Assembly: GCA_028534125.1 (NCBI GenBank)
Contig: CM052816.1
Coordinates: 54,624,001 to 54,688,000 of the forward strand
DNA from: Lama glama
Taxonomy: Eukaryota
Reading direction: 5' to 3'
Length of the DNA: 64,000 nt
Shown: piece by piece, positions 12,531 to 24,682 of the stretch
How positions within the stretch are numbered: the stretch's first letter is position 1
Layout: each line of letters starts with the position of its first letter
Translations under genes and position numbers: made by a program
The notes under the pieces: generated by a model
Seen by the model: the letters and a program-made list of their open reading frames with translations, nothing else
Told to the model about the DNA's origin: nothing
The model's database searches: none

Positions 12531-12641
12531 AAAAAAAATCTGAAAAATATATATATATATAACTGAATTGCTTTGCCGTATACCTGAAACTAACATTGTA
12601 AATCGACTACACTTCAATAAAAAATAAGAATTAAAAAAAAA
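12531..12641 (+). mobile_element. Extreme 3' end of a young L1 in CRHBP intron 4
   Basis: ctgaattgctttgccgtatacctgaaactaacattgtaaatcgactacacttcaataaaaaa; degenerate TSD ending in caatact on both sides. Confidence 0.85.
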
Positions 12642-14070
12642 TAACAAACCAAACAATACTAGCTGGTAGAAGTTCTAGGAGCCCTTTGTTAACTAGGGTT
12701 CAAGGTGGAAGTCTGGAAGAATCAAGGCTTAAAGGTGAGGCCACAACTCAAATCCTGTCTGTCTGAAACATTTATTAACTCAGCTTGGAGCCATATGCTA
12801 CTTTTTAGATGATAAAGTAAATAAATAATAAAAACAGTTACAAAGTAGGCTGAGAAAAATAGAAAGCAGGCTTATGTCTGATAAATATTTACTGGGCATT
12901 AAGTGATAAGTTGACTAAAAGGTAAATGTTTAATGTATAATTTACTCCCAAGACTTTCTAAAATCTTGTTTTGTATCTCAAGTCCAGACTTACAATAAAT
13001 TTATTCTTCAAGCTATGAAACTCGAAGCATCCGAGTTTGTACTTTTTTTGGGCCAATTACTGGGACAAAAGTTTCTGACTGATCAGAATATGTCCGAACT
13101 ACCTCTTGCCTCCTTCTTATATTTTTGATTTCACTTAATTTTGATAAGGAACTGAAATTCCTTGATGATTCTAGAAGGTTTCTGATTTCTACCCAAACAG
13201 GATATAGGAGAAACAGTACATATATCCTCTAGGATTATTCTGCTCCAGTTCTCGGAAACAGCCTTTTTGTAGGGCTTCTTTCAAAAAAATTTTTTTTGTT
13301 TTTTAAAAATAAAAATTGGAAAATTAGTCAGTGTCTTATTTTTGGCAGATTAGGTATGCCTCATTCTTCAGCCACATGAAGTGTTAATATTAGTATTGTA
13401 TGCAACCAAAAATGATTTTTTTCCTAATTTTTTATAAAAATTTTCCTCTTACTGGGAAAAAATAAGTGGATAAATGAATGCATTTTTGGTTAAGATAATG
13501 TGTTTTAAGCCTGGACTATTGAGCTTTATAGCATCTATTTGTGTATCCATCAGAAATGAGCTAAATTAGAGCAGTGATTTCAGACTCAGAAGGCAACATT
13601 GAGGCCTTCTGGTCCAACCCTCTGCTCAGAGCATGAAATCTGTCTACACATTCCAGATATGCCGTCTTTCAGCATTTGCCCAAATACCTCTAAGACTGCA
13701 ACTTCATATCTGACCCCTTAAGCTTATCCAGGTCAATGGAATGACTTGGAGGGATTAAAGTTTGTCACTGAATGCATTGTAGTAGAGCAGGAGATCAGAA
13801 TAAGACTGGAGAAAAAAATAGAATTCTATCCATCATAAATTGGTATCCTACCTAGCCTAGGAAATAAATTAAAAACTGATTTGATTTTCATACTAATGAA
13901 TAGGAAATATCCTTTAGGTCATTTGTAATTACAAAAGAATTTCTATTCATATAATTCCCCCACTTCAAATTTCTTAACTTTGTGCAATGACACTACCTTT
14001 GAAAAGCAGATTTGACCCTCCCTCCTCTCAAATCCTGCCTTCTAACTGAGAAGACAGGGAGTCCACTTAC

Positions 14071-14281
14071 GAAAGAGGTTAGGATCTGTTTTTATGGTTA
14101 ATGTGAATCCATTTCCTGGTTCATGAACCCGGAAGAAGACCATGGCCACGTTCTGGGAGGACCTGATGCTCCTTCGGCTAAGACCACTCTCACAGAAATC
14201 TATGTACCGCTCAGTCGTGGGCAGAGGATGATCCTGGGAACTGGGGAACTTCTCCCCCTTGAGAATCCAACCATCAAATAC
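14071..14281 (-). CDS. CRHBP: CRHBP coding exon 4 (VFDGWILKGEKFPSSQDHPLP...TDPNLF)
   Basis: tttttgttggaag| acceptor, C|GTAAGT donor, 211 nt; visible inside ORF 14042..14320. Confidence 0.97.
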
Positions 14282-15676
14282 CTTCCAACAAAAAATACAG
14301 ACAAAGATGATCACTTTCATGAACTCCTGAAGTCATAGGTGTGCTGAAAAGGGGAAAAGGTTACCCAGCAATAAACTGTCAGTCATAAGTGAAGAATTGC
14401 CAGCCTACACCCCCCTGAACACTTGCTTTCCATTTGTATATATTTTGACCGTGAATTGTTTGCAAGTCATTTTTTAAATTATTTATTGCTCCCCCTTTAT
14501 AAACTCTAAACTTCCAAAGCAAATAAGCTTCCTTAAACTTTATCATTTACCTTGGTAAATGAAACTACAGACAATACACATTTTTGTCTTGTTCATATTT
14601 TCCACACATCCTACCTTCAGAAGAATTACACAGGACCGTAACTCGGGTTTCGGTTTCTCTCTTTCCTTGTTAAAATATAACAAAATATCTCAAAAATAGA
14701 CAGCAAGAAGAAAAATTGGAGCAGCAGCTTTACCTACCTGCCAATGGTTACACACACCCATTTCCCTCATTTTTTCCCCTCTTATCACATATTCAAATAT
14801 CGAGAACTTCTTCAACACTTAGACAATGATGGCTGGTATGCCAGTCAGGACTTTTCCCCTTCATTTGTTAAAGTGCGCAGTTCATCAGACAAAAGGTCAG
14901 AGTTTATTGACTTTACTCTTAAAATCACCACAGGTCCCCAATTTAATGAGCACAACCTAGTTCACGTTAGTAAAATCACCAGCTACAAAAATTACTTCAC
15001 CAAATCAGCCCTCTTCTATTGCGTTTGACAGTGTCCAAAATAATTCCACTTTGGGGTTTTAATCATGTTCATTTTAATTGGACTGTAAAACTCCAGCAGC
15101 CACCCCAAGCTGACCCGTTAGACTTACAGAAAACGACCGGGAACGGGCATGCTGGAGGGGGGGGGGTCTTATCCTCACCTCCCACCTGCCTCAGACTAGA
15201 TTCCTTCTCAGCATCCCTCCCAACAGCCAGTGCCCTTCGGTTCCAAAATCGGGTCACCCAGGCTTTGAAGACAGCCTCTGGGAGCCTGGAACAGCTTCAT
15301 AGAGAAAGGGACCAGCAGGAGCGAGGCGGGCTCGCATCTCAGACGTGTGGGGCCGGCTTCTAACCGGGACCCGCGGGCTCAAGGGACCGGAGCGCTCGTG
15401 CTAGTTGGTTTGGACCACTTTTCACCTGCCCCAGATTGCAGCACAGGGGTTCGCGCGGCGAGTTCAAGTCTTTCGAAACGCCCAGGACTCAGAGTGCACA
15501 GAGGGGAATTTAAACCACTGCGACGTCCCAGGCAGCTGGGACGAGGTTCGAGCTGCGTGGGGTCTCGGAGCGCGCCTCGCCAACTCCGGCAGCAGCGGAG
15601 CATCTAATTACCAGCGTCCCCGGCTCCCCGTGCAGCACACCGGCGGCTGGGGCTGCACCGGGCAGGGGCGCCTCAC

Positions 15677-15834
15677 CTTCAGGACGTCCCCGCCCTCACA
15701 GTCGATGGAGACTAGGTCGTAGTGGATGGTGATGAACTCCTCGGGCTCCGCGATGAAGAAGGCGGCGCAGTGTAGCTGCGGCCGGTCGGCGGTGAAAGTG
15801 AACTGGCCCTGGAGGCTCAGCATGTCCAGGCACC
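15677..15834 (-). CDS. CRHBP: CRHBP coding exon 3 (CLDMLSLQGQFTFTADRPQLHCAAFF...DCEGGDVLK)
   Basis: ccccag| acceptor, AAG|GTGAGG donor, 158 nt; visible inside ORF 15608..16138. Confidence 0.97.
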
Positions 15835-16138
15835 CTGGGGAGGGTAGAGGGGCTGAGGGGCCGCGGCTGCAACCAAGGCGGTGCCGGCCCCCAGCAGTCC
15901 GTCTCCATGCGCCAGAAGTCCCAGCTGCGCCCGGCTCCCGCGTCCCTGGGGACGTCACCCCAACTCGCCCCAGAGCGCCTGCCTCCTCGGACAGATGTTC
16001 GCGATGGGAAGCGCACCCCTGGCCATTGTGGCCAGCCCCTTCCTGGCGATGCCCGGGAGTCGCCTGCCCTCTGCGCAGAGCCCCCACCTCCCCACCTCCC
16101 CGCTGCCCGAGGATGCGAGCCCAGCAGCCCGGACTCAC

Positions 16139-16232
16139 GCAGAGCGCGGCGGTACAGCTGCCCCCCCGCCAGCTCCCGCTTCAGGTTGGCGCTGAAGAGT
16201 AGGAAAGGGTCCTGGTCCACCGCTTCTCGCAG
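16139..16232 (-). CDS. CRHBP: CRHBP coding exon 2 (LREAVDQDPFLLFSANLKRELAGGQLYRRAL)
   Basis: cttgccag| acceptor, C|GTGAGT donor, 94 nt, frame continuous with exons 1 and 3. Confidence 0.97.
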
Positions 16233-16566
16233 CTGGCAAGGAAAATGGGTCAGTCCGGAAAAGTTTAAGGGGAAAGGGGACCGACCAGGAACGAGGCGCC
16301 CTCACTGCCCCGCAGCAGAGAGAGTAAAGTGACGGGGTCAGCGTCTCCCGGGTAGAGAGAAGACGGGAAGGTGTAGTATCAGACCAAGGTATCCCCAGGC
16401 GCCAGAGGGAAGGAGGAAGAGGCAGGAAGGGAGCCCTAGGGGAAACGAGGGGAAACGGGGCACAGTAAATAGAGGAGGAAGAGCTAGAGCATAGGCAGCC
16501 TGCCCACCCCTCAAAGATGGACACTGAGGGAAGGAAGGTGTGATGGGTCAGCCCGGGATCGCTCAC

Positions 16567-16647
16567 CTCTAGGTACCGGCTCTCCCCTCTTAGAGCCATC
16601 AGGCAGATCAGGATGAAGTGGCATCGAAGTTTGAAAGCAGGAGCCAT
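16567..16647 (-). CDS. CRHBP: CRHBP coding exon 1 (signal peptide, MAPAFKLRCHFILICLMALRGESRYLE)
   Basis: ATG at 16647 in strong Kozak context (gccggcATGg). 81 nt to the GAG|GTGAGC donor. Peptide recognisable as the corticotropin-releasing hormone-binding protein N-terminus. Confidence 0.97.
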
Positions 16648-16761
16648 GCCGGCCTTGCCTCTGCAGCTGGTGCTTTCTGCTCCAGAGGGCTCCAGCTTTG
16701 CTTCTCACACGTTCGTCGAGGCTGAGAGCTAGAAGCTGGTAGGGTCTCTTTGCTGGGTCTC

Positions 16762-16768
16762 TTTTATA
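16762..16768 (-). promoter_or_regulatory. CRHBP: CRHBP TATA box (TATAAAA); predicted TSS near 16738
   Basis: Canonical TATAAAA about 120 nt upstream of the ATG; no upstream ATG in the implied 5'UTR. Confidence 0.8.
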
Positions 16769-17044
16769 GAGCAGTGAGGAGGGGAGGCTCTCTGCCCCTT
16801 AACTGATCTGAGCTCAGTAACCATGGGTTACCCTATCTCAGTGACAAAGCCCGCAGTGATGACAAGGGTCCAGCTCTCAGCTACAAATTTTCAGAGTGGT
16901 CCAGCATTATTCACCGGCAATGACTTCAGACACAACTTAGTGAACTGAAGTGTGGGGGAAAGAATCTGGCAGGGATAGAGAATAAGGGAGAGCATTTCAC
17001 TCGACCTGCCACAGGCTTGAATTATCCTCCCCTGTTGATATGCA

Positions 17045-17054
17045 GGGAATTTTC
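17045..17054 (+). promoter_or_regulatory. NF-kB-like site (GGGAATTTTC) upstream of CRHBP
   Basis: 9/10 match to GGGRNNYYCC about 310 nt upstream of the predicted TSS; motif only. Confidence 0.35.
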
Positions 17055-18494
17055 GATTTTGCAAAGCCAAGTGACAATGTTACGCATGCATAAAATACCC
17101 AAATACAAATAACCTTATCATGCAGCCTTGTCTCATAACCTCGAATGGAATCATGCTGAAAATTGTCAGAGAATACAGTATTCATGCAATTGCTCATGTC
17201 TCTCAGGAAGAAACTTGAGGCATTTTCAGCTCCAAAGAGAAGCTGAAAAGACACCAAAGTCTGATTTTGAAGAATATTGCAGTAATGTAATTCAAGCTCT
17301 CTTTCTGTCCCTTGGTCTTTACTTTATCCTGGTCCAGTTTCTTGTAAGCATTTCCCTAGTAGAAAGCTAACTTGTGAGTCTGTGAACTCCTGGATTTCCG
17401 CTATCAGGTGGCCTGAATGTATACAGGATGGACACACTCCTGGGCCAGCTAACTGTGACCATGACCTTATTATTCTTCTGAACCACTGAAAGCTGGAGTC
17501 ATTCCATTTCACGCCTTCAAATATCTGGATGGCTTTCATGCTCTGGTAGAAAGAACTGCCGAGAAGCTTTATTGAAACTGCTCATCAGCAAATTTACAGG
17601 GCTAAACAAATGACTTAGAGATCCAGAAATAAGTTAAGCATGAGATTATCTTTACTGATTAGGTGAGAAGAGAATTGCTTCTCCTTTATGTCCAAAATTG
17701 TAGGAAATGTGAGGATACTCCACGTTCGGCTTTCCCACCCCTTTGCAGTCTCTGTGCTAAGCGAGGCAACTACAAATCCTAAAAACATTCATGTTTTTAC
17801 CTCTGCCTGATGGAGAACATGGCTACTACCCATGTTTTCTTTGCTATTAAAATTATTACAAATAATAAGACCATAATGTAGGGTTCTAACTCAAGGAACT
17901 GGTTACACATGTAATGTATAAATATTCAAAATTAAGCTGTAATTTGCCTAGTGGTGTCAGAACTTGATATTTGCATATTTAAGACAATTCTAAGTTCTGA
18001 AGGAGCTACCTCTTAATTGTTTAAGCAGGAGGCCTTCCTACCATAGTCCAACCTTGTCAACGATCCTCAGACCATAGACAGCGTGAAAAAGAAAGGCACC
18101 CAAAGGTCATAAACACTGGCCACCATGTCCTTCTTCCCCTCCTGGGACTGTTTAAGTGTCTGAATTTTAGAGAGGGTATAAAGAAACTTGAGAGGATTGA
18201 AAAAATTAAAGAAAAATGGCTTAACCCCAACTTGCTTGGCCTCACACAGGCCAGGCCTGTTTCCCACCCTGTTTGTGCCTGGAGGAAAGCTCCAGCACAC
18301 TCATCCCCAATGCCATGGGCCCATTCTCCTTTCCCAAAGACCTAGTCATAGCCTTGGCCTGCTCCCAGCATGCAGCTGTTGATCCCACTCTGGGGGTCTG
18401 GCTTTGTTAGCATCGCCATGGAGACATTCTTCTCCAAACTGCTCCTACACACATACACACACACACACACACAATAGGTGACAGTATAGGGTAA

Positions 18495-18611
18495 CATAAC
18501 TTTTATACACACTGGGAAGCCAAAACATTTATGTGACTTGCTTTACTGCATGATATTCACTTTATTGCAGTGGTCTGGAACCAAACCTGCAATATCTCCA
18601 AGGTATGCCTG
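18495..18611 (+). mobile_element. Tigger1 terminal fragment
   Basis: tttattgcagtggtctggaacc...aatatctccaaggtatgcctg|TA terminal inverted repeat. Confidence 0.85.
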
Positions 18612-20020
18612 TATAGAAATTAAATATTATAATATATGCCCTACATGGAGGATAGCCTTAAATGACAGCTATTATTAAATTTTATCAATACTATTATAGG
18701 ACTTTCGCACTAGTCTTATCCAATGACAATGTTTTAAGAGTGCATGTAGAGGATATGTTTTTCATCTTATTATTAAATTCGAATGAATGACTTCATATTA
18801 GAACATTAACAGACTTTAAAAGCCATAGTTAGAAAAGGAGAAATTATATTCACAGAATTGCATTTCAAAAGACTAGCTGGGAATGGGTCCCATTAAAGAT
18901 GCTGCATTATAATGGAGAGTGGCTTAGCTGAATCAGAGAGAAAAGCTAAAATGTAGAAAGCAATGAAATTGAGAAGATTGGGAAAGGGGAAGGTTGAAGT
19001 TATAAAGCAGAAACAGAAGATAAGGTACTTTGAAACTACCCAAAGAGAATAATATTTTGATTCCATATCAAGGATTACTGAATGACATCATCTGTTAAGC
19101 CTCCGAAACACTGGGAATAAGAAAACAATGATTTGGCGAGAAGGCTTCCGAACAAACAGTGATGATGGCAGGAAAGAAGAGAGATTAAATGATCTGCCCA
19201 GATGATCACAATGAGTCAGAAACAAAGTCTAGGCTAAAAAGATCTCTCTATAGCCAGCCAGGTGATCAATCCTGCTTCAAAGACAACAACCCTGGACATT
19301 AACCCCCCAAATTATAATTTAGGTTTTAAAATAACTAGCAGCAAAAAGTAAGACAGCACAGGTCAAAGCAAGACACCGGCAGATCAATAACAGCGAAGGA
19401 GACGGGGAGGTTATTCATTTTGTGCAATGGCTTCCTTGACTTTGGAGTGACATTGTTGTCTAAACTCCCTTCAGGCTTCCTCTAAAATATGCCATGACTA
19501 ACATCTAGCCAGTAGATCAGAATGAAATGCCATTTAATAATCCCTCACTGCCTGCATCAAAGGGAAAAGTACAGCCGGGTCCAGAATGGGTGCGTTTGTC
19601 ATGAGGTCGTGGTGACGTGCATGGGCACGTAACCTCAGCCTCTTCTCTGACGGAAGAGAAATGAAGTGTAAAGAGTCTCATTTCTTAGTGCCTTAGAATA
19701 GATCTAAAGGAGAAAAGGCTGCCAGTTACGTGGACTGACACGAGAGGTTCTAAATATGGAAAGCAACAGAGAAAAGTGCAAGCGAGGCAGTGGTGAGCTG
19801 TCTGCGGTGACTTCTTAGCTCACTTTTCTCAGACCTCTGCCCGTGGCCAGCCTGCCTCTCGCTGCTGCCAACCCTTCCTTCCTCCCTCCTCTCCCTTCTT
19901 TTCCTCCCTCCCCTGCATCCTTCCTTTCACATACTCTTTAGCAACAGATGTAGCTGCTCTAGACTTACAGCATTTTATATACACACCTGAAAGCCTTTCC
20001 CATATTTTGTTATTTAAAAA

Positions 20021-20201
20021 AATTTTTTTTGCGGGGGGTGGGGTGGGTGGGTAATTACGTTTATTTATTTGTTTGCCCTTTAAAAATTTTTTTTTGCATA
20101 AATAAAGTTTATTTATTCATTTTAAGTGGCGATACTGGGGAGTGAACCCAGGACCTTGTCCATGCTAGGCATGCACCCTACCACTGAGCTATACCCTCCC
20201 C
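20021..20201 (-). mobile_element. tRNA-Ala-derived SINE (Vic-1-like)
   Basis: gaacccaggaccttgtccatgctaggc...ctaccactgagctataccctcccc. Confidence 0.85.
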
Positions 20202-20571
20202 ACTGTCATGACTTTACTATGTCTGTCTTCAGCCCTCAATGTAGACTCCCAGAAGTCTGCCTCGTCTCATCTATCTCTATCCTCAGCACCTAGCACACAC
20301 ACAACTGGCACGCTTGGCTGGTGCTTAAAAGCAAATTGACAAAGGGGCTTCTGCTTCTCACAACTAGTTTCAAATTTAAGAACCATCACCACTAAAATGT
20401 TAGCTGACAACACCCAAAGATGTGGCATCAGTCAGGGAATGAGAGTCAAACGTAAAACCTGAGGAAAGGAAAGGGAAGTGTGGAGGTGCTGAAACAGGTC
20501 CTGGAGTCAGTTCTGAAGACCACAGACAGCTGTGCGGGGTGATTGTGAGAAAGGGAGGGGGAGCCAAGGGA

Positions 20572-20786
20572 CAGGGCTGGGACTCAGGTGGGGCAATTAC
20601 GGCACTTGCCTGGGGCCCAAAAACTCATCAGCAGGCTAAAAATATAATAATGCAATATAATGTAAAAGGAAAATTAATGCAAAAAACCCATGATGAACAA
20701 AATATCAAAGTGTTAGATAAAGAGACCAATGGTCTTAGTAAGTCTTCCTTTTGCCTCAGGCTCCATTGTGGCTCAGCACAGCTCTG
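20572..20786. mobile_element. MER96-like hAT-Tip100 fossil
   Basis: cagggctgggact... start, aaaattaatgcaaaaaacccatgatgaacaaaatatcaaa core, ...cacagctctg end. Confidence 0.55.
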
Positions 20787-21219
20787 TGAAGGTACATTAA
20801 GCAATACCCTGCATGAGCAATCAAGAATTTCAGGGATTGCATTCTGGTTTCTGTGTATGCTAGCTATAGAGAAGGAAAAAAAGGGCTCTGGATTAGGTGT
20901 CCCAAGCCCCGGACCACTGACTAAGAGCTCGGGCAAGTCATCACTTCATCTCTAAGAGGGAGACTGGTATAATTTTCAAGGTCACAGCAGGAAACAGATG
21001 GCGCTTTCAAGGGGACAATTTGCAGAGAGTTTAATATAAGGACAATACAAAGGTATGGGCACCGTGTAGGGAAATCACAAGGGTACAGTGTAATAGCAGA
21101 GAGGAGCTGTCATCCAGCTTCTTGGTTGCAGGACTGGGAGAGGAGAGTGAGAAAGAACAAGAGGAGTCAGTGGAAGCTGTCCAGCCCCAGGGGCTACCAG
21201 GTCTCTAAGGTCCTGACAT

Positions 21220-21745
21220 GGCTTTAAAACTTGTCTGCAATTCTTTGACATTCTTCCCACGAAAAGGTGGAATCTGATTTCTTTCCCCTAGACTATGGCC
21301 CAATGTTAGTGACGTGTTTCTAATAAATAGGCAAAGTGACATGTAATTTCTGAGGCTAAGTTAGAAGAAGGCAGCATGCCTTCAGCATGGCATTCTTTCT
21401 CTCTCTCCTGAGACATGTGCCTTCGGTGCCATGGGCTACCAGGTAAGAAGTTTGGCTACCATGAAGCTGCCATGCTGGACAGACCATGTGGAGAGACCAC
21501 ACAGAGACAGAGGGAGACCCTTGAGAACCCCAGCTGATTCAGTCCCCAGATGTTTTGATCATCACAGCCCAGGTACCAGCGATGGACTGACGAAGCCCTT
21601 GAGGCGACCTCAGTCCCAACCACCATGTGACTGCAACATCATGAGAGACCCCCAAACCAGAACCACCACATTGAATATTTCCCAAATACCCAACCCACAG
21701 GAAACAGGAGAGATAATAAATGACTTGTTTTAAGTCACTAAGACT
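21220..21745 (+). mobile_element. Old MaLR LTR (MLT1F/G/H-like)
   Basis: ttctttgacattcttccc, taagaagtttggctaccatgaagctgccatgctgg, gagataataaatgacttgttttaagtcactaag. Confidence 0.7.
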
Positions 21746-22097
21746 TGTTCTGGCTGCTATGATAAAATATCACAGACTGGGTGGCTTATAAACAACAGAA
21801 GTGTATTTCTCACAGTTTTGGAGGCTGAAAGTCCAAGATCAAGATGCTGGCAGATTCAGTATCTGGTGAGGATCCACATCCTAGCTCACAGAGAGCTGTC
21901 TTCTTCCTGTGTCCTCACACGGTGGAAGGGGCAAGGGAGTTCTCTGCAGTCTCTTGTGAGGGCACTAATCCCATTTATGAGGGTTGCACCTTTGTGACCT
22001 AGTCATCTCCCAAAGGCCCCACTTCCATATACCATTATATTGGGGATTAGGTTTCAACATATGAATTTGGTGGGGACAATAACACTCAGTCTATAGC
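21746..22097 (-). mobile_element. MLT1A-like MaLR LTR
   Basis: ggctgctatgataaaatatcacagactgggtggcttataaacaacagaa...tttcaacatatgaatttgg...cagtctatagca. Confidence 0.85.
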
Positions 22098-22619
22098 AAG
22101 GCCCTTTCCATTTATAACCTACACTTTTTGAGGCTTCAACTTGGGGCCCCAGGTGCTCCAGCTTTGTGACAGCCTTTGTCTGTGAAGCCCTTGAGCTGAA
22201 TCACCATCTTCAAGGCAAGCTCCTTCTAGGCTGAGTCAACATCTGTAAAAACCAAGCTGGCTGGTGCCAAGCTCAGCTTGTGGGGCACAGTTAGTGGCTG
22301 GACAGCAGATGCTAATCAGTCCTAGAAAAAGTGAATGTTGTGCCCCGGCCCTGAAACTAGCTTGCTCTTACCAGCTGGATGTTGGAATTATGTATGAAAG
22401 ATCAATAAACATTGCTCCTTTTAAAATGCTGACATTTTCCATTTTTAATCCTAACAACTGTGCAAACAGAACAAGATTCTGCCAAGGCATTTAAAGGGAA
22501 GGAGGCCATCTAATATTGACGAAATCAGTTTTTGCCAATATAATAATTATATTGGAGGTCCCATTCATGGTTTTAAATCTTACAGTATAAAAACTGAACT
22601 GAACACTAAACAACTTCAG

Positions 22620-23530
22620 GGTTAGAAAGTAAACATGCAGAGTCAACTGGAAAAGCTTTCAATGGCTAAGACCAGAATAATTTAACTAGCAAAACAAATG
22701 AAGTATCATTGGATTATAATCCAGTGTATAAAATAAAGTTCCATGAGTCCACATTGATATAAATAAGTGACTGAATAAATTAATAAATGGGGAGGAGAGA
22801 GAACTCTCCCATGCAGAAGAATTCCAAATAGCTTATGTCAATATGCTGCCGTCAAGGAGGGGAGCATAACTCCCCACTCCTTAAGTGTGGGATGTGCATA
22901 GTGACTTCCTTCCAAAGAATACAGTGTGGGAAGGAGATGGATGGAGAGCAACTTTAAAATGGAGAAACCTGACAAACACTATCTTAGCCAATTCAAGGTC
23001 AACACTGAGTCATTTCACAAACCACACTGATGGTATGTATCCTTGATACGATGTGATGAAAATGGCACTTTCCTCTCTTAAGCCCATAACCCAGTCTAAT
23101 CACGAGTAAAACATCAGACAAATTTCAATAGAAGAGCATCCTATGATATGCCTGATCAGTACTCCTCAAAACTGTCAAGATCATCAGAAACAAGGATGCT
23201 CTGAGAAAACATCACAGCCAAGAGGAGCCTAAGGAGAGATGACAACTAAATGTGATGTGGTATCTTGGATAAGATCCTGGAACAGAAAAAGGACAAAAGG
23301 CAAAACTAAGGAAATCTGAATAAACTACGGACGTCAGTTAATAGTAATGTATCACAACTGGTTCATTAATTGTAACAAAGGTACCACACTAATGTAAGAT
23401 GTGAAAAATATGACACTGTATGTGGGGTATAGGGGAACTCTGTACTGCCTGCTCAATTTTTCTGTAAATCCAAACTGTTCTTAAAATATAGTCTATCAGT
23501 AATAAAATAAAATTTCTTTTAAAAAAAAAA
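22620..23530 (+). mobile_element. Old L1 (L1MC-like) 3'UTR
   Basis: cataactccccactccttaagtgtggg, cagtactcctcaaaactgtcaag, gggaactctgtact...ctcaatttttctgtaaat. Confidence 0.75.
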
Positions 23531-24682
23531 GTAAGCATTCATACATGGGCTTTCTAGCATCAGAGTTTATTTGATGTCTGCCAAAAAAGACCTAAAGAAA
23601 TTTTACTTCCAATATGTATTGGGCCTTCCCTTCTGTCTCTTAAAAAGTTGTCTCAATTTTATTCATCCCTGTTAAGTCTTGTCTTTTCCTCAGCCTGCTC
23701 TGCTCCTCCAGCCCCCACCTCCACCATGCTGCAGAACCCCTCCCCCACTTAGGTCATCCCTATTTTTCACATCTAAAGATTACTTCCGTTGTTCCTTGAA
23801 TTCTCAGCATTATTTGACATTTTCCTTTTTCTTCTTTTTGGAACTCTTATTCTTTTGGTTTTAGGTAAACTTAATTTTTTGAGAGTCAGACATATATCAA
23901 TTTTAAAAACATTGGAAAAAATGAGTTAAATCCCAATGTTATTTCATATTATTTCACCCTTTATATGGTAGATATAAATTTGCAGCACCAAACTCAACAG
24001 TTGATTTTATTTATATCTTAACCATTAGAAAGGCAGAGTCAAAGAAAAGCTAAAAGGTTTTTTATCCTTACAAAATCTTTTTTCTCCCTGAATCTGAAAT
24101 ATACAATTCTAAAGAAGCAAATCATTTGTAATTGTCTATGGGACATAATAATTATGACTTAAAGTTATTGGTTGTGTTTTAGGAACGCAGCAAAATGTGG
24201 GAGACAAAGATGCATATCCCAAGATTTCAGGTTTTGATCTAGGATTTTTTTTTGCATGATGAGCAAAGAAAAGGATAAAGGCACATTCTGTCAGTTTAAA
24301 GACATGAACTGCTGGAACTGGATATTTGTATGGCGAAAAAAAACCCCAACTTAAACCCTACCTCACACCACACAGAAAAACTAATTTGAGATGGCTAGCA
24401 GATATAGACATGAAAGCTAAAACTATATAGCATATAGAAGAAAATATGGGAAGATATCACTGCAACCTTGGGATAGGCAAGTAATTCTTATCTTACAGAA
24501 AGCACTAACCATAAGAGAAAAAACTGATAAATTGAACTTCATTGTAATTAAACATTTCTACTCATCAAAAGATACCATTAGGAAGATGGAAAGACAAGCC
24601 ACAGAATGGGGTAAAGTACTATTAACTCAGATATCTTACAAACCGTTAATACAAAGAAAACAATTCTACTTAAAAACAGGTC

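Larger units (their letters stand above)
15300..16360. promoter_or_regulatory. CpG island over CRHBP introns 1-3 and exons 2-3
   Basis: Visibly GC-rich and CpG-dense compared with the AT-rich, CpG-depleted flanks. Confidence 0.85.

Noticed and set aside
15347..16332. Many overlapping 100-170-aa ORFs on both strands
   Set aside because: Stop-codon depletion in the GC-rich CpG island; only the CRHBP exon segments have splice and homology support.
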